Program-made: the position numbers and the translations under genes
In this document: piece after piece, positions 19,009-29,354 of the stretch
How the letters are laid out: the number at the start of each line of letters is the position of its first letter
Position numbering within the stretch: the stretch's first letter is position 1
Source: Ignavibacteriota bacterium
GTDB taxonomy: Bacteria; Bacteroidota; Ignavibacteria; UBA10030; UBA6906
DNA: 64,000 bases
Reading direction: 5' to 3'
Assembly (NCBI GenBank): GCA_963801355.1
Contig: CAWDEM010000008.1
Coordinates: 128,001-192,000, forward strand
The notes under the pieces: generated by a model
Seen by the model: the letters and a program-made list of their open reading frames with translations, nothing else
The model's database searches: none
What the model was told of the DNA's origin: nothing

Positions 19009-21090
19009 ATGTTTTGGCATTCACGCAAGGGTTTAGTGTGGCGTTTTGCGCTCGTTGCATGCTTTGGATTCTCTGCCGCGCGGGCGGACGATGGGATGTG
19101 GACCTTCGACAACCCTCCGTTGAAGCAGTTGAAGGAACGGTACGGATTCGTGCCGACACAGGAGTGGCTGGACCATGTCCGTCTTGCCAGTGTCCGCTTC
19201 ATGGACGGCGGCTCGGGCGCATTCGTGAGTCCGAACGGCCTCGTCCTGACGAATCACCACGTTGCGCGCGGGCAGCTGCAGAAGATGTCGTCGAAGCAGA
19301 AAGACTACGTCGCCGACGGCTTCTATGCGCGCACGATGCAGGACGAGATCAAATGCCCCGACCTGGAACTGAATGTTCTGGTGTCGATGGAAAATGTGAC
19401 CGCCCGCGTGCAGGCAGTCATCACACAGGATATGACGCCCAAGCAGGCACTCGACGCCCGCAAGGCCGTCACCGCCCGGATAAGCAAAGAGGCCAAGGAG
19501 AAGACGGGCCTCCGTTCAGACGTAGTCTCTCTCTACCAGGGCAACGAATACTGGCTCTATTGCTACAAGAAGTATACAGACGTCCGGCTCGTGATGGCCC
19601 CTGAGATGAGAATTGCGTTCTTCGGCGGGGATGCGGACAACTTCACGTTCCCCCGGCACGACATCGATATGACGTTTTTTAGAGTATACGAGGACGGCAA
19701 GCCTGTCGCATCCCGACACTATCTCCACTGGAACAGCAAAGGGGCAAACGACGGAGAACTGGTTTTTGTCCCCGGCCATCCGGGCTCGACCAACCGTCTG
19801 CAAACGTACGACCAGCTATTGTTCCAGCGCGACCACGTGTACCCCGAGCGTATCAAGGGTCTCCAGCGCCGTGTGATGTTGCTGCGTGACTATGCCAAAC
19901 GCGGACCGGAGCAAGCCCGCCAGGCATCAGGCCAGATCTTCGGTCTCGAGAATTCCATTAAAGCACTGTCCGGCGAGTACGTGGGACTGCTGGACAAGGA
20001 ATTGATGGGAAAGAAAGCCGCCGAGGACAAAGATCTGCGCGACCGGGTGAATGCTGATCCACAGTTGAAAGAGAAATACGCATGGGCGTGGGATTCGTTG
20101 CGTGCTGTTGGTAACCGCGACGGTGCGACGTCGAAGACCCGCGGGTACAGAAGCATCAGGTCAAGACTCTACTCGTTCGCCTCACAGCTCGGACAAGCTG
20201 CGGAAGAGCTCAAGAAGCCCAACGGAGAGCGTCTGGCTCCGTACCAGGATGCGAATCTTGAATCTACAAAGTTCCGCCTGTTTTCTCCGGCCCCGGTGTA
20301 CCCGGAGCTTGAAGAACTGCAGCTGGCAGACGCCCTGCAGGAAGCGCTTGATGGCCTGGGAGCGGACGATCCGTTCGTCAAGACCGTCCTGGATGGAAAG
20401 ACCCCCGCAGAGGCCGCCCGCACGCTCGTTAAGGGTACGACGATGGGAGATCCCGCCGTGCGCAGGAAGCTGTTTGAAGGAGGCGAGAGCGCCATTGCGG
20501 CATCCACCGATCCCATGGTAGTGCTGGCCCGCCGGCTCGCGCCCATCACAAAGAAGGATCGAGAGTGGTCGGAGAGATACATCGCCGGTATCACCGCCCG
20601 CGCCGGGGAAAAGGTCGCCGAGGCGCGCTTCGCGGTGTACGGAAAGAACACAAACCCCGATGCGACCTTCACCCTCCGTCTCTCATACGGCACAGTGAAG
20701 GGGTACCCCATGAACGGCACGGTTGCACCGCCGAAGACGACACTGTTCGGGCTGTTCGACCGGGCATATTCCTTCGACAACAAGGGAGACTTCAAACTGC
20801 CCCAGCGCTATGTCGACAACATGTCCAAGCTGGATCTGTCGACTCCGCTGGACTTCGTGAGCACGTGCGACATCATCGGCGGCAACTCCGGTTCACCGGT
20901 GATCAACGCCAGGAGCGAGTATGTCGGACTCATTTTTGATGGGAACATCGAGAGCTTGCCGGGACGTTTTCTGTATTCCGAGACTTCCAACCGTGCAGTG
21001 GCCGTGCACAGTGCCGTCATTGTTGAGGTGCTCCGGAAGCTGTATGATGCCGGGGCACTGGCAGACGAGCTGGAGGGGAATGTGCTGTAA
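19009..21090 (+). CDS. S46 family dipeptidyl peptidase
   Basis: Signal peptide then DDGMW, VSPNGLVLTNHHV, FGGDADNFTFPRH, DIIGGNSGSPV, FDGN. Confidence 0.92.
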   Translation: MFWHSRKGLVWRFALVACFGFSAARADDGMWTFDNPPLKQLKERYGFVPTQEWLDHVRLASVRFMDGGSGAFVSPNGLVLTNHHVARGQLQKMSSKQKDYVADGFYARTMQDEIKCPDLELNVLVSMENVTARVQAVITQDMTPKQALDARKAVTARISKEAKEKTGLRSDVVSLYQGNEYWLYCYKKYTDVRLVMAPEMRIAFFGGDADNFTFPRHDIDMTFFRVYEDGKPVASRHYLHWNSKGANDGELVFVPGHPGSTNRLQTYDQLLFQRDHVYPERIKGLQRRVMLLRDYAKRGPEQARQASGQIFGLENSIKALSGEYVGLLDKELMGKKAAEDKDLRDRVNADPQLKEKYAWAWDSLRAVGNRDGATSKTRGYRSIRSRLYSFASQLGQAAEELKKPNGERLAPYQDANLESTKFRLFSPAPVYPELEELQLADALQEALDGLGADDPFVKTVLDGKTPAEAARTLVKGTTMGDPAVRRKLFEGGESAIAASTDPMVVLARRLAPITKKDREWSERYIAGITARAGEKVAEARFAVYGKNTNPDATFTLRLSYGTVKGYPMNGTVAPPKTTLFGLFDRAYSFDNKGDFKLPQRYVDNMSKLDLSTPLDFVSTCDIIGGNSGSPVINARSEYVGLIFDGNIESLPGRFLYSETSNRAVAVHSAVIVEVLRKLYDAGALADELEGNVL

Positions 21091-21114
21091 GCGCGGATGA
21101 ACAGGAAACCATGA

Positions 21115-21150
21115 GACAGGGGCACCCCGCAAAGGTGCCCCTGTCCGTTT
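21115..21150 (+). terminator. Hairpin/terminator after S46 peptidase
   Basis: GACAGGGGCACC-loop-GGTGCCCCTGTC 12-bp perfect stem followed by CGTTT. Confidence 0.65.
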
Positions 21151-21201
21151 GGTTGATTGTCCACGCGGATTATCGTACATTGACTGAAAATTTCCGGACC
21201 A

Positions 21202-22638
21202 ATGCACTCCACCGTTCTCTTCGTGCTCGACGGGCGGCTTGTCCGGCTGGAATTCCCGCCGGGAGGGTTTCCATGTCCGACGACGACTCTTCTGCAGTAT
21301 CTGCGGACGCTTCCGGGTCATCGGGGCACGAAGGAGGGATGTGCTGAAGGCGATTGCGGTGCATGTACGGTCGTGTTCGCGGAGCCGGATGGAGCGAACG
21401 GACTTCGCTACCGTGCGGTTGATTCCTGCCTGGTGTTTCTCCCCATGCTTCATGGCAAGCAAGTGATCACTGTCGAGAACCTGCGCGACACGTCCGGAGC
21501 ATTGCATCCGGTCCAGCAAGCGCTTGTAGATCACTTCGGAAGTCAGTGCGGGTTTTGCACACCCGGGGTGGTGATGTCGCTGTTCGCGCTGTACAAGTCC
21601 GCGGGCTCACCGTCCCGCGACGAAGTCGTTGACGCCGTGGCGGGAAATCTCTGCAGATGTACGGGATATCGTTCGATTGTCGATGCGGGGTATGAGGCAT
21701 GCAGCGGGAACAAGGGGGACCGCTTCGACGCGGAAACCCCCGCGACCCTGGAACTCCTTTCCTCGATTCCGCGGGACACGTTGCGTTTTGATACCGGGTC
21801 GCAACGCTATGCTCGGCCTGCCTCGCTCGCAGAGGCTCTGGAAATACGCCGGAGTGATCCGGATGCTCTGGTGATCTGCGGTGCGACCGACATCGCCCTC
21901 CGGGTCACGAAAAAGCACGAGGAGATTCCATCTATTCTTGATCTCGCGGACCTTCCGGAACTCAGCGCTATCGAAATTCGCGGGGATGGCGTGTTCTACG
22001 GTGCCGCGGTGACGATGCAGGATATTCTGGAATCCTCCGCCGGGCGGTTTCCACCTCTTGCGGATATGCTGAGTGTCTTCGGGTCGCGGCAGATCCGGAA
22101 CATGGCAACCATCGGAGGAAATGTCGGGACGGCCTCGCCCATCGGCGACACACTGCCGGTGCTCATGGCCCTTCACGCGGAAATTGAGCTGACCGGTGCC
22201 GGCGGCGTGCGCAGGGTGTCCGTGGAGCAGATGCTCGCCGGGTACCGCAAGACCGTCTGCCGTCCGGACGAGTTGATCTCGCGCATTTTCATACCCGCAT
22301 TGCCATCCGGCGCGGCAGTGAAGTCGTACAAGATTTCCCGGCGGCGGGACATGGATATCTCCACTGTCAGTGCCGGATTCCGCCTGGAAAGGGACGCGCA
22401 CGGGGATGTCGGTGATATCCTTCTTGCGTTCGGCGGGATGGCGGAAGTGACCCGCAGGGCCGGACGCACCGAAGAATTCCTCAGAGGGAAACCATGGACC
22501 CGCGCCACCGCGGAGCAGGCCGGTGAAATCGCCGCGCACGAGTTTTCTCCGCTGAGCGATGTGCGCGGCGGGGCGGCGTTCAGGACGACCATTGCCCGGA
22601 ATCTGTTGTTGAAATTCTGGGAGGACGTGCAATCGTAA
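21202..22638 (+). CDS. xdhA: Xanthine dehydrogenase small subunit (2x[2Fe-2S] + FAD)
   Basis: TKEGCAEGDCGACTV, SQCGFCTPG, GNLCRCTGY, QIRNMATIGGNVGTASPIGD, YKISRR..DIS. Confidence 0.92.
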   Translation: MHSTVLFVLDGRLVRLEFPPGGFPCPTTTLLQYLRTLPGHRGTKEGCAEGDCGACTVVFAEPDGANGLRYRAVDSCLVFLPMLHGKQVITVENLRDTSGALHPVQQALVDHFGSQCGFCTPGVVMSLFALYKSAGSPSRDEVVDAVAGNLCRCTGYRSIVDAGYEACSGNKGDRFDAETPATLELLSSIPRDTLRFDTGSQRYARPASLAEALEIRRSDPDALVICGATDIALRVTKKHEEIPSILDLADLPELSAIEIRGDGVFYGAAVTMQDILESSAGRFPPLADMLSVFGSRQIRNMATIGGNVGTASPIGDTLPVLMALHAEIELTGAGGVRRVSVEQMLAGYRKTVCRPDELISRIFIPALPSGAAVKSYKISRRRDMDISTVSAGFRLERDAHGDVGDILLAFGGMAEVTRRAGRTEEFLRGKPWTRATAEQAGEIAAHEFSPLSDVRGGAAFRTTIARNLLLKFWEDVQS

Positions 22639-22639
22639 C

Positions 22640-24991
22640 ATGGACACGGTGAACCATCTTGACAGTGCTGTGTCTCATGTCACCGGCGAAGCGGTTTTCG
22701 TCGATGATATGATCATGTCGGATCGTCTTCTTGTCGGACGCGTCGTGACCAGCCCGCATGCGCATGCCCGGATCCGGAGCTTCAATCTGGACGCCGCCCG
22801 CGCGGTACAGGGTGTTCATGCCGTTCTCAGCGCTGCGGACATCCCCGGGCACAACCAGATGGGGCCGGTGGTAAAAGACGAGCCATGCCTCGCTGACGGA
22901 CTGGTGGAATTTGCGGGTCAGGCGGTATTCCTGATCGCCGCAGACACCGAGGCACTCTGTCGCACGGCAGAAGCGCGCATCGAGATCGAGTACGAACCTC
23001 TGCCCGCGGTGGTGACGCTTTCTGGGGCGATGTCACAGGGGATGCTTCTGGGAGCGCCGAGGAAAATTGAACGGGGGGACGTTGCCGGCGGGCTTGCGGG
23101 ATCTCCGCACCGTCTTTCGGGCGCCCTGGCCAGCGGAGCGCAGGAGCACTGGTACCTGGAAACGCAGGTGGCGCTCTGCATTCCCGGCGAAGGGCGCGAG
23201 ATGTCCGTGTACAGTTCCACCCAGCATCCTTCGGAGACCCAGGCCATTGTCGCTGACGTGCTCGGGCTCGGCAAGAACGATGTCGTGGTGGAAGTCCGGC
23301 GCCTGGGGGGCGGGTTTGGCGGGAAAGAAACCCAGGCCAATCACACGGCATGCTGGTGCGCCCTGCTCTCCGGCGCAACGGGCAGGCCGGTGAAAATCCG
23401 CCTGTTCCGCGACGACGATATGATCATGACCGGGAAGCGCCACAGGTATCTCACGCGCTATGAAGCCGGGTTTGACGACCAGGGCCGGCTGCTCGCGGTG
23501 AAACTCGAGATGCATGCAGACGGCGGGATGGCGACGGACCTCTCCTTTGCTATACTTGAACGCGCGATGCTCCACGCCGACAATGCGTACTTCATTCCCG
23601 ATATTTCCGTTGTCGGGACCGTCTGGAAAACCCATCTTCCGCCGAACACCGCCTTCCGGGGTTTTGGCGGGCCTCAGGGGATGGCGGTCATTGAAACGAT
23701 TGTCGACCGCATTGCGCGCACTCTCGGTATCGACGCCGCCGGAGTCCGGAAAAGAAATTTCTACGGAGACGATGGCCGGAGCATAACGCACTACGGTCAA
23801 ACTGTCGAGCGCAACCACTTGCCGGTGATGTACGATCGGTTGATGTCGTCTGCGGACTATGAGGCCCGGCGCAAGGCGGTCAACGTGTTCAACCGTGCGC
23901 ACGAACACCTGAAGCGGGGGCTTGCTCTCACCCCTGTGAAGTTCGGGATTTCGTTCACGACGACATTTCTGAATCAAGCGGGAGCGCTGGTGCTGATCTA
24001 CACGGACGGGACCGTGCTGGTGCATCACGGCGGTGTCGAGATGGGGCAGGGGTTGAACACAAAGATCCGGGGTATAGCAGCGCGGGAGCTCGGCATCCCC
24101 GTCGAATGCGTCAACGTCAGCACTACTTCTACGGGAAAGATCCCGAACACTTCACCCACCGCTGCATCGTCGGGGGCGGATCTGAACGGCATGGCCGTCA
24201 AGAATGCGATTGACACACTCAAAGAGCGCATCGCACCTGCGATGGCGAAGGTGTTCACGGAACTCCATGGCGGCACCACGACGTCGGCACACGACATCGT
24301 ATTCGAGAATGCCACCGTCGCCGACCGGAGGCACCCTGAACGGATAATGCCTTTCGCGAAGGCCATGCAGGCGATGGTCCTTCAGCAGGTGAGTCTGGGC
24401 GCCACCGGGTACTACCGGACCCCGGAGATCGGTTGGGACAGGAAGGCCGGGAGAGGGCGGCCGTTTCTCTATTTCGCTTTCGGCATCGCGGTGACGGAGG
24501 CGGAGGTCGACCTTCTGACCGGCGCGCACAGCATCGTGCGGACGGATATCCTTCACGACGTCGGGGATTCATTGAATCCCGGTATTGACCGTGGACAGAT
24601 CGAGGGTGGGTTCATCCAGGGGCTGGGCTGGTGCACCACAGAGGAAATCCTCTGGGATGACCGCGGCCGGCTGCTGACGCACTCCCCGGACACCTACAAG
24701 ATCCCGACGGCCGGAGATGTTCCACGCGACTTTCGTGTGACGATTCTGGATGGCGTGCCCAATCCACGTGCCATCAGAAACAGCAAGGCGGTCGGGGAGC
24801 CGCCGTTCATGCTTGCGTTATCGGCCTGGCTGGCCATCAAGGATGCCGTATCCGCAGCGGCGAATCACGCACTGGAACCGCCCTTTTCTCTCCCGGCCAC
24901 GCGTGAAGTCATCATGGCTGCCGCGGAAGAGTTGCGTCGTTGTGCGGGGCATCAGGAATCACCGGTGTCCGGCTCTGCCGTGCACGTGTAG
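22640..24991 (+). CDS. xdhB: Xanthine dehydrogenase molybdopterin-binding subunit
   Basis: QEHWYLET, STQHPSETQ, GGGFGGKE, TAFRGFGGPQG, KFGISFT, SKAVGEPP. Confidence 0.93.
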   Translation: MDTVNHLDSAVSHVTGEAVFVDDMIMSDRLLVGRVVTSPHAHARIRSFNLDAARAVQGVHAVLSAADIPGHNQMGPVVKDEPCLADGLVEFAGQAVFLIAADTEALCRTAEARIEIEYEPLPAVVTLSGAMSQGMLLGAPRKIERGDVAGGLAGSPHRLSGALASGAQEHWYLETQVALCIPGEGREMSVYSSTQHPSETQAIVADVLGLGKNDVVVEVRRLGGGFGGKETQANHTACWCALLSGATGRPVKIRLFRDDDMIMTGKRHRYLTRYEAGFDDQGRLLAVKLEMHADGGMATDLSFAILERAMLHADNAYFIPDISVVGTVWKTHLPPNTAFRGFGGPQGMAVIETIVDRIARTLGIDAAGVRKRNFYGDDGRSITHYGQTVERNHLPVMYDRLMSSADYEARRKAVNVFNRAHEHLKRGLALTPVKFGISFTTTFLNQAGALVLIYTDGTVLVHHGGVEMGQGLNTKIRGIAARELGIPVECVNVSTTSTGKIPNTSPTAASSGADLNGMAVKNAIDTLKERIAPAMAKVFTELHGGTTTSAHDIVFENATVADRRHPERIMPFAKAMQAMVLQQVSLGATGYYRTPEIGWDRKAGRGRPFLYFAFGIAVTEAEVDLLTGAHSIVRTDILHDVGDSLNPGIDRGQIEGGFIQGLGWCTTEEILWDDRGRLLTHSPDTYKIPTAGDVPRDFRVTILDGVPNPRAIRNSKAVGEPPFMLALSAWLAIKDAVSAAANHALEPPFSLPATREVIMAAAEELRRCAGHQESPVSGSAVHV

Positions 24992-25017
24992 TTCATGTAC
25001 AGCAACATAAGGAAAAG

Positions 25018-26331
25018 ATGAACATTTCGGAACAGATCCGTCAGGCCGGTGTGGTCGGAGCCGGAGGTGCTGGATTTCCGGCACACGTCAAGGCTGCAGC
25101 CACGGTCGACACGGTCATTGCCAACGGTGCGGAGTGCGAACCATTGCTGCACAAAGACTTTGAGATCATGGTCCGCCACGCGCCCGAAGTTGTCGAAGGG
25201 ATCCGGTTATTGATGCGCTCCACGGGAGCCCGCCAGGGCATCATCGGCATCAAAGGGAAAAATACCGCGGCGGTCGATACGGTGACAGCTGCCCTGCGGG
25301 ACCCGGACATCGTCGTGCACCTTCTCGGCGATTTTTATCCGTCGGGCGACGAGTACATCCTCGTCTACGAAGCCACCAAGCGACTGATACCACCCCAGGG
25401 GATCCCGTTGAACGTCGGCGTGGTTGTCAGCAACGTTGAGTCGCTCATGAATATTGCCCGCGCGGCGCAAGGGCGCGCGGTGACCCGCAAATGGATCACC
25501 GTGACGGGTGCAGTCCGCAAGCCGGTGACATTTGCCGCCCCGGTGGGCATGAGCTTCGCCGACGCCATTGCGGCAGCGGGGGGAGCCACTACGGAATCAT
25601 TCGGGGTCTTTGTTGGCGGGGTGATGATGGGGTCGCTCGAGTTCAATATGTCGCAGGTCATCACCAAAACCACAGGGGGCCTGATTGTGCTTCCTGCGGA
25701 CCATACCCTTGTCGTCCGGAAATCGCAGCCGGAGCGGGCCATGCACCGGATAGGGAAGTCCGCGTGCGATCAGTGCACATTTTGCACCGAACTCTGTCCG
25801 CGCTACGTCCTGGGTTACGACGTCCAGCCGCACAAGGTCATGCGGAGCCTCGGGTTCACGCAGACCGGCGAGGTGTACTGGAATCAGTATGCAGCACTCT
25901 GTTGTGCGTGCGGACTGTGTACATGGTATTCCTGCCCGGAGGCGCTTTTCCCGAAGGAGGCATGTGACCGGAGCAAGACGGAGATGAAAGCGCAGGGCGC
26001 AAAATGGACGGGCCCGACTGACGTAAAGCCCCATCCGATGTATGAAGGACGCCGGACTCCTGTGAAACAGCTGATCAAGCGATTGGGGCTCAATGCATAC
26101 GACCGGCATGCGGAGTTCGTGGGGGAGGTTCCCCTCCCGGGCCGTGTCGTGCTCCCGCTTTCCCAGCATGTGGGGGCCCCTGCGGTGCCTCTGGTGAAGG
26201 TGGGGCAACATGTCAGCGAGGGGGAGTGTATTGCGGAAATCCGTGAAGGTGCGCTCGGAGCGCGTATCCACGCAAGCGTCGACGGGACTGTCCGTGCGGT
26301 CGGCGAGTCGATTGAAATCGAACGAGGATGA
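25018..26331 (+). CDS. pduS: PduS-like (RnfC-related) FMN/2x[4Fe-4S] oxidoreductase
   Basis: AGVVGAGGAGFP, NGAECEPLL, YPSGDE, SLBB region, CDQCTFCTELCP and CCACGLCTWYSCP, C-terminal LSQHVGAPA..IHASVDG barrel-sandwich (PduS domain order). Confidence 0.85.
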   Translation: MNISEQIRQAGVVGAGGAGFPAHVKAAATVDTVIANGAECEPLLHKDFEIMVRHAPEVVEGIRLLMRSTGARQGIIGIKGKNTAAVDTVTAALRDPDIVVHLLGDFYPSGDEYILVYEATKRLIPPQGIPLNVGVVVSNVESLMNIARAAQGRAVTRKWITVTGAVRKPVTFAAPVGMSFADAIAAAGGATTESFGVFVGGVMMGSLEFNMSQVITKTTGGLIVLPADHTLVVRKSQPERAMHRIGKSACDQCTFCTELCPRYVLGYDVQPHKVMRSLGFTQTGEVYWNQYAALCCACGLCTWYSCPEALFPKEACDRSKTEMKAQGAKWTGPTDVKPHPMYEGRRTPVKQLIKRLGLNAYDRHAEFVGEVPLPGRVVLPLSQHVGAPAVPLVKVGQHVSEGECIAEIREGALGARIHASVDGTVRAVGESIEIERG

Positions 26332-26334
26332 TGC

Positions 26335-26886
26335 ATGCAAAAGAATGCCATTGGATTGATCGAGCTTTCCAGCATCGCCGCCGGGTACCTTGTGGCCGAT
26401 GCGATGTTAAAGGCGGCCGACGTGGAGTTGATCCTATCCCGCACGATCTGCTCGGGCAAATATATGGTGCTTGTCGGCGGTGACGTGGCAGGAGTCACGT
26501 CGAGTGTGGAGGCGGGTCAGATCATCGGGGAGGGATCGGTCATTGACACATTCGTGATCCCCAACGTTCATCCTTCGTTGTTTCCGGCAATCAGCGGCAC
26601 GGGCAAGGTGGATGTTCTGGAAGCAATGGGCATCATTGAGTCATATTCCGTCGCTGCCATGATCGAGGCCGCAGATGCCGCAGCCAAAGCCGCAAAAGTA
26701 CAGCTGATCGAATTGCGGCTCGCCATGGCACTCGGAGGAAAAGCGTTTGTCACGCTGACGGGGGATGTCGCGGCGGCGCAGGCGGCGGTGGATGCGGGAT
26801 CCGCCGTTGTTGCAGCCAAGGGTCTTCTGGTGAACAAGGTTGTCATTCCGAATCCCCGCCGCGAACTCTTCGCAGATCTGGTCTGA
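26335..26886 (+). CDS. pduT: PduT-like tandem-domain (BMC-T) microcompartment shell protein
   Basis: Two BMC domains (AIGLIELSSIAAG..ADAMLKAADV; AMGIIESYSVAAMIEAADAAAKAAKV..GGK..TGDVAA); RTICSGKY Cys39 matches the PduT pore Cys. Confidence 0.9.
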   Translation: MQKNAIGLIELSSIAAGYLVADAMLKAADVELILSRTICSGKYMVLVGGDVAGVTSSVEAGQIIGEGSVIDTFVIPNVHPSLFPAISGTGKVDVLEAMGIIESYSVAAMIEAADAAAKAAKVQLIELRLAMALGGKAFVTLTGDVAAAQAAVDAGSAVVAAKGLLVNKVVIPNPRRELFADLV

Positions 26887-26899
26887 GGTGATCATCCCG

Positions 26900-28494
26900 A
26901 TGCTGCAGGCGAAGAGAGCGGCGCGCCGCATTGTCATTTCTGTCGTGGCATTCCCGGTTTTCCTGTTCCTGTTTTTCGCATGCGGGACTACAGGAGAGGT
27001 CGACCGCGCTGCGGGCCTGATTTCGCGCCAACGGGTGCGATCGGCGATCAGGTATCTTGCATCGGATGCATTACAGGGGAGGGTGACCCCGGGCGCGGGT
27101 CTGGATTCTGCGGCGGAGTACATTGCGCGGTCTTTTGCAGTGGCGGGCCTCCAGCCGGTGCACGGAAGTTTTCTGCAACCCTTTGCGTTGAACATCGTCT
27201 CCCTCGGCGATACGAACGCGCTTCTCCTCGAGACCCCGGCGGGCAGGGATTCGATGAAATTGAAGGATGATTTCGTTCCGTTCGAAAACACCGCGCATCG
27301 GGAAGTGGAGGCCGGGGTGGTGTTCGCGGGATACGGGATCAGCGCCCCCGAATACGGTTACGACGATTATGCGGGAATCGATGTGCGGGGCAAGATTGTC
27401 TTCGTGTTGCGGCATGAACCCGGTGAGGAGGACAGTGCGTCTGTGTTCGCGGGGAGAAAGGAGACCGCGCATTCTTCCGTTGCGTCGAAGGTCCGGCAGG
27501 CGCGGGAGCGTGGCGCGGTAGGGGTGTTGGTGGCCACGGATCCACTCAATCACCAACTACTGACGCCTCGCGGTTTTCCCTGGCCGTCGTTGTCTAAGAT
27601 CATTCCGCGAGATGCCCTGCCGCTGGCGCTCGCGGTGGAGGAATCCGAAAAACTCCCGGTCGTGCACGTCGGTGAACGTATCATCAACGGGTTGTTGGGA
27701 AGCGTCGATTCTCTTCGTGCGTTGCAGCGTGCCATCGACGGGAGTTGTTCTCCCCGTTCGTTCTCCCTGGGTTCCGTGAGGGTCCGCCTGAAGACGTCAA
27801 CGGCCATCAAACGCATGCCCACGCAGAACGTCGTCGGCATCATCCAGGGTGCAGATCCGGCGTTGCGCAACGAAGTCGTCGTGATCGGAGCGCACTATGA
27901 CCACATCGGGATAAAGCGGAACGCGGGTGCGGGCATGGACTCCATCTTCAACGGTGCCGACGACAATGCTTCGGGAACGGTCGCCTTGATGGAGGTGGGA
28001 GCGGCCCTGGGTGCGATGCGTGAAAAGCCGGCGCGCACTCTGCTTCTGATCGCCTTCGCGGGAGAGGAGAAGGGGCTCCTGGGCTCAGCGTACTATGTGA
28101 GGAACCCCCTGTTTCCGCTTGAGAAGACGGTGGCAATGCTGAATATGGACATGGTCGGACGGAACGCGCCGGATTCTCTGCAGATCATCGGGTCACCCGA
28201 GGGATCATTCCTTGTGCAGGACGCCCGCAGGGCAAACGCGGCGGTCGGATTCCTGCTGGCGAACACGGTGCTGCGTGGGGGGGGAGCGACCACGATTCTT
28301 TCCAGAAACGTGGTGTGCCGGCGCTGTTCTTCCATTCCGATGTGCACGCGGACTACCATCGTGTCACTGATGAGGCGCAATTCATTAACGATGACAAGAT
28401 TGCGCGCGTCGCCGACCTGGTATTCAGAACGGCCTGGCTTGTCGCCACGACGCCCGAGCCTCTCATTCATTCATCATTCCGAGGAAAACAATGA
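26900..28494 (+). pseudogene. M28 family aminopeptidase (PA domain, probable lipoprotein), frameshifted at a G8 tract
   Basis: GAHYDH, NGADDNASG, FAGEEKGLLGS, NMDMVGR in frame. After G8 (28277-28284) another frame reads SDHDSF..DYHRVTD and stops at 28494, overlapping the next ATG. Confidence 0.8.
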
Positions 28495-29354
28495 AGCATC
28501 CGATCATGCTGCTGTCAATTGCCGCGGCGCTGCTCGTGTCATGTGCGTCAGAGAGCACGGCCCAGGAATCCTATACGCTGACTTACCGCCTTCAGCCGGG
28601 AACTGCATATCTCTATGTTGACACCTCCCGGGGGGTACAAATCCAGGAAATGATGGGGCAGGAAATGAAGATCACGACGCTGCTCACCATGCGCGCGCGC
28701 ATTGCCGGTGAGCAGATGAAGGATGACGGCACGATGACGTTCATAACCTCTTTTGACTCGATGACAGTCGCCACGAAGTCGCCCATGGCTGACACAACGA
28801 TGGTGTTGCAGGACATCCTGGGGAAGCGGACGCGGATGACGGTCACGGCGGGAGGTGCGTTGCTCCGCCGCGAAATCATCGATACCGTTAAACAGTCCCG
28901 CAACATGATGCGGGGCATTTCCATGCGCGAGTCGGCACGGTTTCACCGCCTGTCAGCGGAGCCTGTCGGTGTCGGGAGTTCCTGGAAGTCCAATGTGGTG
29001 GACTCCACCGACATGATGAACGGAAAACTGATCAGCCATCATGTGATGACGTATACCGTCACGGGCAAGGCGGTCTGCGAAGGTCGTGCATGTCTGCAGA
29101 TCGGCTACGCAGGTGACATTACGCTTGAGGGGAAGGGGTCTATGAGGGGGATGGAGTTGTTCATGGAGGGGAAAGGGAAGACCTCCGGCACACTGAATTT
29201 TGACTACGGTGACGGCCTGATAGTGCAGGAAGCTTCCAGCAGCGACACCGAAATGACCGCCGCAGTGACGGGGCAGGAGAACATGACCATACCTATGTCA
29301 CAGAGTCTTACGACGACGCGCCGGCTGTTCTCCGTGGAAGGGAGTGGCAAGTGA
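28491..29354 (+). CDS. Exported hypothetical protein (possible lipoprotein, DUF6263-like)
   Basis: Signal with LVSC; beta-rich; EPVGVGSSW motif. Confidence 0.6.
   Translation: MKHPIMLLSIAAALLVSCASESTAQESYTLTYRLQPGTAYLYVDTSRGVQIQEMMGQEMKITTLLTMRARIAGEQMKDDGTMTFITSFDSMTVATKSPMADTTMVLQDILGKRTRMTVTAGGALLRREIIDTVKQSRNMMRGISMRESARFHRLSAEPVGVGSSWKSNVVDSTDMMNGKLISHHVMTYTVTGKAVCEGRACLQIGYAGDITLEGKGSMRGMELFMEGKGKTSGTLNFDYGDGLIVQEASSSDTEMTAAVTGQENMTIPMSQSLTTTRRLFSVEGSGK

Noticed and set aside
24900-24991. XdhB C-terminal tail as an encapsulation peptide
   Set aside because: The helix corresponds to the normal XdhB end and the remaining tail is not convincingly amphipathic
25018-26331. RnfC of an Rnf complex
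   Set aside because: No rnfABDEG nearby, the barrel-sandwich domain is C-terminal as in PduS, and a BMC-T gene follows
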